64,000 nt of DNA from Malacoraja senta (taxonomy: Eukaryota), in NCBI GenBank assembly GCA_038087875.1, contig CM075980.1:27528001-27592000 (forward strand), in the 5' to 3' direction. The notes under the pieces were generated by a model. That model ran no database searches. It was not told where the DNA came from and was given only the letters and a program-made list of their open reading frames with translations. The translations under genes and the position numbers were made by a program. Below are positions 11,160 through 24,614 of the stretch, piece by piece (position 1 is the stretch's first letter; the number at the start of each line of letters is the position of its first letter).

Positions 11160-12220
11160 TTTAGTCATAAAAAGCAAATAGCTTTTCTTTCCACAGAAAA
11201 TGTCAAAAATGATGGGCTGATTGTTGCTCTTAAGATTTGAACCATCTTTTTGACAATCTGTGGAGCAAAGTCAAATACAAATCAGTTTGTGACACAAACA
11301 CAGATTTGTGGCACAAATCAGCAGAGAGGCTGAATTGTTTTGCCAGGTGTTCCTACCTTCCAAAAGATTAACTGGAAGATAAATCTCTGTACTGCTTAGA
11401 GAACGTTTGCAAATCACTGCAATGCCGACACCCATACCGGTTAGATTATTAATAATGCATTAGTTATTAGTCTTGTCTTAATATTGATAAATTCACAACT
11501 AAAAAACAAATCACTGTGGATTGACTTCCACTTTTAAAGAAAACATTTTTGTAAGTTCAAAGGTTTATATATTGAACATGAAAGCAAATGAAAGGTCCAA
11601 GATTCCAACAGTCCAATTGTATAAATTACAGTTTCCAGCGAAATTAAATTGACCACTGAATGAAAAAATAACTGGATCATGTGCTGACTTTTCTGTTTGA
11701 CATATGGGCATTTTTTAGAATACTTACAGTCAAACGTATCAACGCCACCAAAAGTTTATGATTATTAAAGCTTCTTCATTCTCGGATGGGCAGGGAGGAA
11801 CAGAAAAATAAGCCCGAAAAAGAGAGCCTTTCTGTTTTCAGATCATTAATGTAAATTCCATGTATTATTATGTAAAGGTAATTTCTGGTACATTACTGGA
11901 GCTATAGCTCATTTGCAGTTGTCTCAAGAGAACTGCGGATAAAAACCTGTGCTACGACAATGCCTTTAAGAACATAGCACATAACTATTTTGCAGAAGGG
12001 ATCCAGGGTTAAAACTGGCGCAGGCTCAGTGGCTACATTCATTTCCATGGCAGGAACAGTGCTGAGGAGGATGGGCAAGTTTCAGGTAATTAATATTTTT
12101 CCAAATTAATTGGTTTTGTTCAAATATATGTCACAGTTTTAAAGTATTTTCTATTGTTTTATTTATATTTTTAATGTAAGATTATAAAATGTTTGATTAT
12201 TTATCCAACACTCTAAAAAT

Positions 12221-12640
12221 CAGCACTTCAACTCCCCCTCCCATTCCGTATCTGCTCCCGGTGGCTCAGCACTTCAACTCCCCCTCCCATTCCGTATCTG
12301 ACCTCTCTGTCCTGGGTCTCCTCCATGGCCACAGCGAGCAACACCGTAAATTGGAGGAAATGCACCTCATATTCCGCTTGGGCAGTCTACATCCTGGGGG
12401 CTTGAACATTGAATTCTCCCAATTCTGCTAGCCCTTGCTGTCCCCTCCCCTTCATCAGCCATCTGGTTGTCTCCTCCCCTCCCCCAGCCCTCGGGCTCCT
12501 CCTCCGCCCTTTCCTTTTTTCCTTTCTTCTCCCCACCCCCTATCAGTCTGAAGAAGGGTTCTGGCCCGAAACGTTACCTATTTCCTTCGCTCCATAGATG
12601 CTGCTGCACCCGCTGAGTTTCTCCAGCATTTTTGTGTACC
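12221..12640 (+). mobile_element. Penelope-like element 3' fragment with TSD
   Basis: Encodes PVAQHFNSPSH...RKLEEMHLIFRLGSLHPGGLNIEFSQF (GIY-YIG ORF C-terminus), then the pLTR/3' UTR. Flanked by CTCTAAAAAT at 12211-12220 and 12641-12650. Confidence 0.85.
12545..12578 (+). ncRNA. Minimal type I hammerhead ribozyme motif (PLE-associated)
   Basis: CTGAAGA-A-GGGT(TCTG)GCCC-GAAA-CG-TT: CUGANGA box, stem II, GAAA box, palindromic AACGTT stem III, GUH site. Confidence 0.65.
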
Positions 12641-14599
12641 CTCTAAAAATCTTTTGTGAACTTTGAGAACTGGTATTCTGGGTGGCTGTGAATGAAGGAT
12701 GTGATTTACTTTTGATTTTTGGGGACGGGGCTTGCTGCTGCTTCAGGAAGGCCCCATGCTGTGCAGACTTTAAAGAGACGGCTTCAGAGACCAAAATTGC
12801 CTGTTTAGGCAGGCGCAGGTGGGAGAGTAAAAGAATCGGAGACGCACCGCTCACTGAGGTGGGTCAGACACAACTGTGCTGTGCTGTGGACTGCTTTAAT
12901 GTTAGAAATAGTGTAGCAAGACCTTTATTTCTCTCTCACACTCTAGAGCAAAAGTGAAGGGTTAAACTTCAACCACTGAAATTCTGGAAGGAGGAAAGAA
13001 ATTATCTCCGAAGGGCAGAGATGGCTCACTGACACAATACCTATCCTTGTACCACAGTAAAATAGGCTAACGTTAGCAAAGTCTAGTCGACTGCATCTGG
13101 CAGACGATACAAAGACTTGCATGCCAATATAATTTTATTACTTCTAGACACCAATTAATGTTCAAATGCACAAAAACCTGCTACTACGTGCAGGACTTAA
13201 AAGAGTGCTTATACAGATGTGAATGCACATTATTTTACACATTGAAGGCTTCTATCAGCAAATCAGTAGTCTGCTTGGCCATGAATCACTGTCAACTGCA
13301 GTTGACTTAAACTCACTGATCAAACCCATCACACAGCACTAAACAGTGGCCTGGAAGTGAATGTTTGCTATCTGATGCATATGGATCACAGTGAGCGTGA
13401 ATAGTTTGATCTGATTCTCACATCAGCAGCATAGCAGTTTGTGCTGTCCATTGAGCAGAGTTTTGCATCTCTGAAGGTTTTAAAATAAATTGAAGGGACT
13501 TGGTAACAGCTCATGAACATTACTATCATGAACATTACTGCAATATATTCAAAAAAAGTTGTAGAAGATGGCCAGCTAAGAATATCCAGATTAAACGGTC
13601 AGTCATCATTATTACACAGCTGATGACAAGAAAAAAAAATCTCTCCAACCTTTTGACCATGTTTCCCCCTGGTCTTTGAGGCGTTCATTGTAATCAAACC
13701 CTTTCGCCAGCCCCACCTGCTCCTCTGCATCTTGGCAAAGTGACTATTTACCAGAGGAAAGCTAGTGTCTATGTTTTGATCACACTATTTTGCTGCATTG
13801 GAGAGGTAACTTAAGATTGAATAGCACTGATGGCTGGGAACTGGCTGATTTCATGCTTTATCTGGCAGTGATTTGCTAGTTATGCATGAGCTATGGTCTC
13901 AACGTAGGAATTCCTGGTCTGTATAGCTCAATCTGTTAACAAACTGAATTTTGCAGAATGGCTAAGGAGAAAGACCATCACCACTCTTAACATTTATTTT
14001 GAAGATATTTCCAACCAAATAAAATATTCTTCGTGGCAGCTGTAACTTAACGACCAGTAACCAGGTTTAACCACATCCCAATATACTACAGGTACAGAAA
14101 AGCCAATGAAATCATGGAAAGAGTAACAACGTGATTTCCTAACCCATCCTCTTTTCTCTGTGCACATGTGAACATGTGCATGTGTGTGCGTGTGTATGTG
14201 CCCGGGCATGCTTGTTGACTCACGAAAAACAGAGACATTTGTAACATTGCTCTTTGTAACGTGAAATATTGTGCCTTTGACTTCCAATTATTGGCCTTTT
14301 TGCATGAGACACAAGAATGAAATATTGACATACAAAGACAATGATGGAAAGCATTTATCCAATTATAGACAATCAAAGAAATTTGGATTCCATAAATTAT
14401 AGCTGAAAGATACTTTCCTTTCACCCGTGTTAAATTATCATGTTGTGTTAGATAACTGCCAAAAATAATCCAATGAGCAACTGGCTAATGACATTTTTAA
14501 AATTTTAAATTATGATGTACAGAAGATTCTAGTAGTGATCAAATAAATTTATCTATACATAATATATATATTTATATAATACATTTATATACATCAGCC

Positions 14600-14822
14600 A
14601 ATTACCCCCCCACCCCCGCCCCGTGTCCCTCAACTGTATCAACCAATCACTGTCCAGGCATTGTGCCATCCTCGCCTCTCTTTCCCAGCTTTCTCACCTC
14701 TATTACATCAAATTACATGTAAAAAGGTCCCAATCCAAAACATCTTTTGTCCATTCCCACCACAGATGCTGCCTGAACTGCTGAGTCCCTCCAGCACTTT
14801 GGTTTTTGCTCTAGATTCCACA
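14600..14822 (+). mobile_element. Degenerate Penelope-like pLTR fragment
   Basis: ccacagatgctgcctgaactgctgagtccctccagcactttg tail shared with the other PLE copies. Confidence 0.6.
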
Positions 14823-14924
14823 ATCCACTTTCATGTGTGTCCTTTCTACCAGTGATGTGGGTGAGCATGCATATGGTCTAGTGGGCATGCATTTAGCAAA
14901 CTGTGAAATTTTTTACAAGATATA

Positions 14925-15290
14925 CCCGTCCCCCCTCCTGCCCCCCATCCACAGAGCACCCACATTTTTCCCAGCATCTCCCAGTCACTGCTCCTTTTTT
15001 CCCTCCTTTACATTCATCTCCCACCAACTATCCTCCCATCTCCGAGTTCATCCATTTCCCTTTTATCCCACCTCTTTCCACTCCCCCCCCCTGCCCCTTC
15101 TATCCATATATTCCCCCGTCGTTGCATTATACTCCTCTTCTCGTATCATTTGCCAGGCTTTAGCTCATGCCCACCTCTCTTTTCCAGCTTTCTCCTCCCC
15201 CCCACCCCTGCCCATACTCCATCAGACTGAAGAAGGGTCTAGACCCAAAATGTTAACTAATCATTCCTCCCCAGAGAGGCTGCTGCGTTC
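14925..15290 (+). mobile_element. Degenerate Penelope-like pLTR fragment
   Basis: Pyrimidine-rich tract followed by ctgaagaagggtctagacccaaaatgt. Confidence 0.6.
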
Positions 15291-15659
15291 CTTCACCACT
15301 TACCTTTTTGCTCTCCCTGGTATAAAGGCTGGCATTACTCTGCATTAGAGGCTCAATAGAGATATGATTTTTTTTGAGCGAGATTTCAATGGATTACTGT
15401 CACTCAAGTGACAATGAATCACTGTTTTTAGCAGGAGATTGTAAAAAGTTGGAAGGTACAGGAAACTGGAAAAAATTGATTTGTGTTTCACTAATCAAGA
15501 GTAAAATCAGGTTCCCTTAACTAATGAGTTTGAACCTTACAAGCTCAGCAGTGGATGAATTACTCTTCAGAAAACCACCACTGTCATATTACATCCCATC
15601 CACTTATGCCATCAACAAACTATTTTGTATATGGCTCCAAAGAAAAAATAGATCACCAT

Positions 15660-15850
15660 ATACGAGTTGCCGGAGGAGGCAGTAGAGGCAGGTACTATCG
15701 CAACATTTAAGAAATATTTAGACAGATACTTGGATAAGATATATTTAGAGTGATATGGGCCAAATGAAGACAGATTGGTCTAGTGTATTTGGACATGTTG
15801 GTCTGTGTGGGCAAGTTGGATCGATGGGCCTGTTTCCTGTATGACTCGAA
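15660..15850 (+). mobile_element. CR1 LINE 3' end fragment
   Basis: ELPEEAVEAGTIATFKKYLDRYLD, then gggcctgtttcc..tatgactc tail. Confidence 0.8.
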
Positions 15851-18800
15851 ACATATCTACGTTTCCTACCACCTCATGCGTCCTCACTTTCCCAACCTGA
15901 AGGCAAGAGCTGGAATGACTATCAGGTAATTTAGTTTCAAAGCAGCACAGTGGGAGGTTTTCCTGGGATGTTGTTGAACTGTCAGTAATTGTAGTTAGTG
16001 CAGTAAAATTTAAACCAACTTTGCTTTTATCCTCAGTAAGGTAACAGATACCAAGTCTGAGAATGAAAATGTATTTTGCTTTGCATGCCATTATTGCACC
16101 GTGATGGCACCAAATATTCTCAACAGAAGGTACAGAATGTCCATATGTAGGATAAGGTTCCCTTCACTCTTCAAGAATCCAAGACACAGAAGATAACCCC
16201 ACGTTAGACAAAGGTGATGTGTTCTTTTATCTCAAACCAAACATCCTGTATGGCTCCCATGCCTGAAATTTTAATGAAGACAGAACTTTTAGTAGTCCCT
16301 GTGTTGTCATTATAACTGCACTGGCCCAAAGACATACAGACAAAAGAACAGAAAGAATTTCATCCCTTGAATTTGTAAGAACTAGAATAAAATATGCAGC
16401 TCTGCACACTCTCCGGTGCTTGAATGAAATGACCATTGGAAAAGGCTGTGATGTTAACTATTAGCATACAATAAGCAAGCTCTATGATGAACGATTCACT
16501 TGGTGATGTGCGATTATGTGATTTACAAAATACCATACTGCAATTTAAACAAATGAAGAGACTATGATGGTTTAAAGCCTTGATTTGCCTTTAATATACC
16601 AATTTTTTGAAAGGCTACAACCTTAAATTTTTTTAATCACTTACCAATTTAAAAATATTTTGTAGGCTTTTTTTTACAAAAAATGCCCACATTGCTTCCA
16701 TTGATTCATCAATCAGGTGTCTATGGCATTGCTACCGGACGAACCTGATCATTATTAGTAAAATATTTGTTTTCCGTGAATAAAATCAGTGCGTGAAGCA
16801 TTGATTATCTAATTGACGGAAAGTTTTTGAAACCTTTACAAGAATAGTTTAAAGCAATTAGAAATATTTTTTCAATGTTTGTCCTTGATATGTTCACAGA
16901 CACATGTGGTATTCTACCCCCTTTCTATACTTCCTTTCTAAAACAATAGCAGTGGGTTCGTGAAACCCATGCAGATTTAATTTTGTATACTAAATGGGTA
17001 AAAAAATACAGATAGCAGGAATTTTATGTAACTTTGTTAAACTGCCAAAAAAGGGAGTGGAAAGAATGAGAAAATGAAGGCAATTATAAGCTAAACTATT
17101 TTTTTTTTAAAAGAGAAAGAAAACACTGAAAATAGTGAAATAGTAACAGGAAGAATATAGATAAAAGTCCTTAATTCTCTCCCTGCTGAATAAACAGGAA
17201 TCGCTCGTGACAATATAATGCTGTGTTTTTCAAAGGTGCATAAAATATTATTGCAAAAGGAGTTAAATCTCCACCCTACACACAGAAGAATTCTGTAATT
17301 TATGATTGCGTTGTTTATTAGATAACACAGGCTTATTTAGGGCAGAATATTTAATGGCAGGTGGAAATTCCTTCATGCAGCACTTGTCCACAGGCTTTGA
17401 CATTTTTCTGGCTACAAAGTGACAGCTGACAAAATCATTTGGGTCCACAAACGGCCACTAGGCCACAGGTCATTTGTCTAAGAGAGCCCAGATCCAGGAT
17501 TCATTACTTGAAACACTGCAAATGACACGGCCCTTCAGGCAAGCACTGCACACTCTACACTACTGCCGCCACCAAATAAAAAAAACATGCAATTTCCAGC
17601 AGCCTGAAGGAACATAGAAAATAAACTGCAACTACATTAATTGCAAATTGGAGATGCTGCCAGTATTTTCTTTCAAGTAAAATGAAGAATAGTTGTTCTT
17701 TGTGTGCGACAAAGTGGAACTTAAATGACATTAAACGGCTATAAAGTTTAAATTAGAATGACAGAAATGTTGCATGCACAATATTATTATTTTTTTGTTA
17801 TGGAGAATGCTGTCCACTTTCTTAACTATTGAAGAACATTTTGTATTGGTGCACAGAAATATTTAATGTAGAATAGCTTTTACATCATGAAACCATCCTA
17901 AATAATACTGCATTAAGCAATTCAATATTCCAAATTTCCAATTGTTAACAGTACCTATATTATCAAGAGTAAATGGTCTCTTTACATGTGAAGTGGTTTT
18001 TGGTACAGAAATGATGCTTTAGTACCCGGAAGGTTATGAAAAACTAAGTGGAGAAGGGCAAACTAATCAGTCTGCATGCCCTTTCACCCCCAGGACCACG
18101 TGCAAGGCTAATACGTTCTAGCCCAGTCGGTTTACAAGTGACCCAAGGTCCCATGCTGACAAAAGGCCTATCTTCCCTGAGCCTAAATGATTTAAGTTCT
18201 AATCAAACATCATTTATACTACATCTCATAGCTGTCTCTCGAGATCTACTCCCACGTGAGCTGTTGCCATGACAACTGGTGTCTCATTTCAAATGTGTCA
18301 GGTTATATTATTGTCTTCATGGTTCTCTGATAACCTGCATCTCTCCAACATGCTTTTCTCATTCCCAGGAGAAACACACAGCTACCCTCGAGTCTGCTTG
18401 TGTGTTTTTGTGTCATTTTATTTAGCTAGATATGAAAATGAGACACAGATGTTTTGTCTGCTATCTCGCTGCTGACTATTCTGGCGGTATAATCGGTCTG
18501 CTCAGCCACTGCTGTGTTACACACTGACCACATCTACACAGCTAACTGCAAATGCTGTTTTACATACTGGAAAATCAGCTGTCAGCAGACCTGGGTAATG
18601 TAACTGAACCAATGCCAATGACAATTTGAAAACATTCAAAAGCAGTGTACTAAAATAATCACTTCTTCTGACACATACTTGCTCAGAGCAAAATGCATCA
18701 ATTAATTTTTGGGGTGGGGGATTAACCTCTTTGTTATGCAAAAGCCATCATTACAATACCATGTTGTGGATACCACCAAGATGTTAGTAATTTTAGTCAA

Positions 18801-18989
18801 GCAGTATTTTTACTTATATCTTTAGCCGAGTTGCATTTCTGAAGGGGGTATTTCTTCCAGTGAATCCAAATCAATAGGGAATTACGGTTTTTTTGCAAGA
18901 TTTAGAACGACACTATAAACTGAAATGCAGATTTTAGGCAATGAAAGGTAGACAATTTGATCAAATCTAGGTACACGATAGAACTCGAT

Positions 18990-19575
18990 GAAATTGCAAC
19001 ACGGGTCAATAAGGCCACTAAAAAATCAAACCAGGCACCAAGGTTTATGTCTTGAGGGATAGAACTGAAAAGTAGATAAACTTCTATTGAACCTTGGTTA
19101 CAGCACATTTGGTCAATCATGTGCCAGTCTGAATGCCATATATTAAAAAAGCAAACTCAGAAAAGATGCTAAAAGACTTACTGGAACAACTTCAAATTTT
19201 TGAGGTTATATCTATAAGCAAAGTGTGTACAGGATTGGCCTCTTTTCCATTGAAACGGCTGAAGGCTGTCAGTATACAAAGCTTTAAAATTGTGAAGGGT
19301 TTTGATAAGGGAGGCACAGATAGCGTTTGCATTTGTTAAAAAGAAAAAAATTGGAGGACCACGAAGTTACCAAGAAGTCGTATAGGAAATTCAGTGCACA
19401 TTTTTTTAAGCAGGATGGTGACAACGTGGAAATCATGACAAGTAGTTGAAGGGGCGGCAAGATTAATATGAGGGGAAAGTGAACGGTGGGTTATGCTGAT
19501 AATTGATCTAAATGAGGAAGCATAGGTGGGCATGTGAGTGGGGCTTGGCAGGTCAAATGCCCAGTTTCTATACTG
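18990..19575 (+). mobile_element. Old CR1 LINE ORF2 3' fragment
   Basis: Decayed homology to the CR1 ORF2 C-terminus (gggatagaa.t.aaaagtaga..., ggaaattcagtgcacatttttttaagcaggatggtg). Confidence 0.55.
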
Positions 19576-19724
19576 TGCTTTAAATGTACAACATAATGGG
19601 CTAAAGCTCGTGTAATAGGAAGAATGTTCCGGCTGATGCTTAATAGGTTAATATCAAACCTAACATATTCCCAATAATACCAAGCCCTCCTGTAAATAAG
19701 CATAAAACACAAATGGAAAAACAT

Positions 19725-20010
19725 GGGTGGCATAGTGGCGCAGCAGCACCACACGCCCAGACCACGGGTGCCACGTGTGCAGAGTTGTATGTTCTCCCTG
19801 TGACTGCATGTTTTTTCTCCGGTGCTCTGATTTCCTCCTACATTCCAAAGACTTGCAGGTTTGTAGGTTCATTGGCCTCTGCAAATTGCCACTAGTGTGT
19901 CGGATGTGAACGTTTGATAACATAGAACTAGTGTGAAAGGATGATCGATGGTCGGCATGGAGTCGGTGGGTTGAAGGGCCTGTTTCCACATTGTATCTCT
20001 CATCTAAACA
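19725..20010 (+). mobile_element. tRNA-derived V-domain SINE (HE1-like)
   Basis: A-box-like ggcatagtggcgcagc, V-domain tgttctccctgtgactgc...tttcctcctacattccaaagac, and CR1-derived tail aagggcctgtttccacattgtatctct. Confidence 0.8.
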
Positions 20011-22715
20011 TTACTTCAGAGTGCTGACCAGATAGCCCTAATTTTGCAGCAATTATTTTCAGTGTATATTATTTGGAATACAGAACACAAATAACAGAAA
20101 ACAGAGGTAAACACAGTTTATTCATTTTGTTAGTTTGCGTAGGAAAAATTAAGGTGTTGAGATTAGAACTATGACTTGCTCCAATACAATATCCTAAATC
20201 AATACAATATCCAAAATCCAACAGCCTATGTTTCTTTGAAGTGAAATTTCAATTAGTTAAGAAATATAGGCAAGCTTTACAATTGAAAACAATTGCGCAA
20301 AATCTGGTGAAACTACCGCACTATTGTAATAAAGTTCTTGTAGAAATTTGTCCTTGGTTACACATGCAGTGTACAATATGGCATCACTGGATGCTTTTTA
20401 AAGTATGGTTCTATTAACTTCAAATCAACTTAATTTCAGGAATGGAGTACAACACACAGCTGCTACTCTTTTGCATGCTTAGTGTAAATGGCTGAGAACT
20501 TATTTCTGTGTGTTAGCTTTTGAACATTGCCTTGATTTTGTGAACTATTCTAAACCCAGAAATGGTCACAAAGGAGCACCTGCCAAATGAATAGGCTAAA
20601 TAATCATAATCTTGTCACATCCTTGGACATCACTGGCATGTTTATATCTGTTGTTCTGATAACATGAAAGTTCTTTCATTTGCAGCTCAGAAATACTTTT
20701 ACAGATTCATTGCACACATTCTGTGGGTGTTTGCCAATTGGCAGTAAGTAGGGAAAACTTGATCAGCTTTCACTGATAGGAAACTGAGGTCCGGTAGTTT
20801 TAATTAATATAACTGATTCAATAATTACTTATAAGCCGATACTTAAATAAGGTAGCTAGAAAGCCTATGCTTCATTGCAAGGTTGTTGCATTAAACCCAG
20901 CTTTGAATATATTTCTAATTATCTAACTGAGCATAGCGCTGGGCGTGTGATTTAATTTTGAAGTTTAGACTTCACCTTTCAGTTGTGCATATCTTCGATT
21001 TCCCCACTTGATTAACCTCAACTCCAGATGTGAAAGTAGATAACCCAGTACTTTGGAAGTGTCATTGTTGCTAAATTAGCAGCGTTCACTAGCTGCATGC
21101 AAGTGTTTTGGGACAAATACTCTCTACAATTTTTCTGCCAACTTCTCTGTGGGTCAAAGCTCTGCCTTTGTTGCAAACACAGCAATATTATTGTGAAATG
21201 ATAAGCTAATGCTGCCTTTTTGAACAACTATTAGATTGTGCAGAGGAGGTAGTTCCACAAGTGCTCATTAAGTAAGGAGTTCCAGGATTTTAACCTTGCA
21301 ACAATACATCCAATGGAGGTGTGGGCATTCCTATAATCTGCTGTTCATTCTCTTTCCACTTGGTGAAGAGTGAACACTTGGAAGGCGATATGAAAAAACC
21401 CATGGCAAGTTGCTGCAAAGCATCTTTCAATACAAATTACAGCCACTATATTCTGATAGTGGATGTTTTTCAAGGTAGTACTCAGTCTGTCCATCAAGTG
21501 TACTGCACCGTCCTGCAGTTCATTTGATGGACAAAAACAAATGATGCTGGAGTGTATTGCCAGCAGTTGGGCAGGATAATTTTAAAACATCACAAATCGG
21601 GTCTGTAACTTACAGGCTTCTGCACCACTTAAATGAATTAGCGATCCTACGACCACCCATCGGGCACAGAGATCGCAACCTTCTGACACACAGGCACGGT
21701 AGGTGCATTTCCTGGATCTGCCGGGGTGATCTCCATTTTGCCTGGAAACGTGTTCGCAGAGCCCAAAGATTTATTGATCCATCACATGGAGTGAATGGAG
21801 TTATCGGGAAATGGGAGAGGTAGCTGCGCCTGCTTCATGATAAGCTCATCGTGATGCATGTACTTGGTGGTATTGTCCAACTTCTGCTCCCCGTACCTGG
21901 AACATTGAATAGTGAAGTGCCGTCCTGCCTACTCCCAAGAGAATCCATTTGTATTGCCAATAGACTGCAGTAGACTCCAATCATTCAGTTAGATCTTGAG
22001 GAACTGTAGCCGGGGTCATCAAACACCAGTGCCTTCTCCCTCCAATGCCTTCTCCATCATTGCGATGGACTTCAACGATCGCTAGCTTGAAGAAGATACT
22101 TTAAAACTACCTTCAGCACATCTCCTGCAGCAGTGGAGGATCACAAACTCTCGACCACTACTACTCCACCATCAGAGACATATATCGCTCCATCACTCAC
22201 CACTTTTGAATCACCTATTTGGGCTATTTCTTCTTGCTCATAGATAGCGACTGAAAAGCGAGGCTCCGGCGAAGACGATTGTGCGGAGCTGGTCGGGCAG
22301 GCGGAGGAACCACTCTGCAACTGCTGTGACTTGGCTGATGTTCAAGGACTAGGCAATGGACCTGAATGAATACACCATGGTTTATAAGGAAATGTGTGGA
22401 GGAATGTGTTCCTACCAAGGTCAATGTTCTCTAACCAGAAGCCTGGGATGAACTGGAGATGCAGTCTACTGAAGACCTGATTTGCGGTGTTCAAGTCAGT
22501 TGATTCAGAATTATACGGGTCCAGGTACACGGTCCAGCAGACCATTGCGAGCACAAATTGACACTTTGGAACTAAATTGGAGGCTCACGTGGGCGCTTGG
22601 CAACTGTGGAAGGGCTTGCATGCCATAACTTTCTACAAGGCTCAAGTGACAGCGATGTAACACTCCCAGACAAGCTCAAAGCTTTCTATGTTCACTTCAA
22701 AATGGAAAACAATGA

Positions 22716-22816
22716 TTCAGTATGAAGAAGGGTCTCAACCCAAAACGTTACCCATTCCTTCTCTCAAGAGATGCTGCCTGTCCCGCTGTATTACTCCAGC
22801 ATTTTGTGTCTCTGAA
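22716..22816 (+). mobile_element. Solo Penelope-like pLTR fragment with TSD
   Basis: gtatgaagaagggtctcaacccaaaacgttacc...ccagcattttgtgtct, flanked by AAAACAATGA (22706-22715 and 22817-22826). Confidence 0.75.
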
Positions 22817-22830
22817 AAAACAATGAAGTA

Positions 22831-24614
22831 CAGTGCCTTCCATAATGTTTGGGACCCAGCAATTATTTATTTACCTCCGCACTCCACAATTTGAGATTTG
22901 TAATAGAAAAAAATCACATGTGGTTAAAGTGCACATTGTCAAATTTTATTAAAGGATATTTTTATACATTTTGGTTTCACCATGTAGAAATTACAGTAGT
23001 GTTTATACATAGTCCCCTGTATTTCAGGGCACCATAATGTTTGGGACACAGCAATGTCATATAAATGAAAGTAGTTATGTTTAGTATTTTGTTGCATATC
23101 CTTTGCATGCAATGACTGCTTGAAGTCTGCGATTCATGGACACCACCAGTTGCTGGGTGTCTTCTCTGGTGATGCTCTGCCAGGCCTGTATTGCAGCCAT
23201 GTTTAACTTATGCTTATTCTGGGGGCTAGTCCCCTTCAATTTTCTCTTCAGCAAATAAAAGATATGCTCAATTGGGTTCAGATTGGGTGAGTGACTTGGC
23301 CACTCAAGAATTGACCATTTTTTAGCTTAGAAAAACTCCTTTGTTGCTTTAGCAGTATGTTTGGGATCATCGTCTCGCTGTGGAATGAACCGCTGGCCAA
23401 TGTGTTTTGAGGTATTTGTTTGAACTTGAGCATGTAATAATAATAATAATAGATTTTATTTATATAGCGCTTTTCAGGACTCAAAGTCGCTTTACAATTG
23501 AGAGTCGGGAATAAACAAAACAAAATAGAGCAGTAAGACAGAGGGGAGGGGAACATGGGACTAAGGGTATGCAGAGGTGAAGAGATGGGTCTTGAGGCGG
23601 GACTGGAAGATGGTGAGGGACTCAGAATTTCGGACCGGTTGTGGGATGTGTCTATACACTTCAGAATTCATTATGCTACTACCATCAGCATTTGTATCTT
23701 CAATGAAGATAAATGAGCCAGTACCTTCAGCAGCCATACATGCCCAGGCCATAACACATCCACCACCGTGTTTCACAGATGAGGTGGTATGCTTTGGATC
23801 TCGGGCAGTTCCTTCTCACCTCCATTCTTTGCTCTTGCCATCACTCTGATATAAGACCTTTTTCCAGAATTGTGGTTGCACTTTTAAGTACTTCTTGGCA
23901 AACTGTAACCTGACCAACCTATTTTTGCCGCTAACCAGTGGCAAATGCCTCTGTATTTCTGTTCATGAAGTCTTCTGCGGACAGTGGTCATTAACAAATC
24001 CACACCTGATGAGTATTTCTGATCTGTCGGGCAGGTGTTTGGGGATTTTTCTTTATTATAGAGAGAATTCTTCTGTCATCAGCGGTGGTCTTCCTTGGCC
24101 TGCCAGTCCCTTTGCGATTAGTCAGCTCACTTTCTTCTTAATAATGTTCCAAACAGTTGATTTTGGTAAGCCTAAGGTTTGGCTGATGTCTCTAACAATT
24201 TTATAAGAATTTCTCACTCATAATGGCTTCTTTGACTTTCATTGGCACAACTTTGGTCCTCATGTTGATAAACAGCAATAAAAGTTTCCAATGGTGATGG
24301 AAAGACCGGAGGAAAGACTAGGTGCTGAAAGCTCTCTTATATCTGCATTGAGGCAATTAAACACACCTGAGCAATTACAAACACCCGTGAAGCCATGTGT
24401 CCCAAACATTATGGTGCCCTGAAATGGGGGGAATATTGAAAAACACAGCTGTAATTTCTACATGGTGAAACTAAAATGTATAAAAATACCCTTTAATAAA
24501 ATCTGACAATGTGCACTTTAACCACATGTGATTTTATTTAATTACAAATCACAAATTGTGGAGTACAGAGGCAAATAAATAAATGATGGGTCTTTGTCCC
24601 AAACATTATGGAGC
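22831..24614 (-). mobile_element. Tc1-family transposon (IR/DR type), defective
   Basis: TA|CAGTG start. ~220-bp TIRs, each with two CATAATGTTTGGGAC direct repeats. Broken transposase on the minus strand: KHGGGCVMAWACM..G.G, MNSEVYRHI, DDDPKHTAK. The right terminal CACTG is lost. Confidence 0.92.
23435..23644 (-). mobile_element. L2 LINE 3' end inserted in the Tc1 transposase
   Basis: ...SLTIFQSRLKTHLF end of ORF, tgtaaagcgactttgagtcctgaaaagcgctatataaat stem-loop, (TTA)n tail. Confidence 0.85.
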
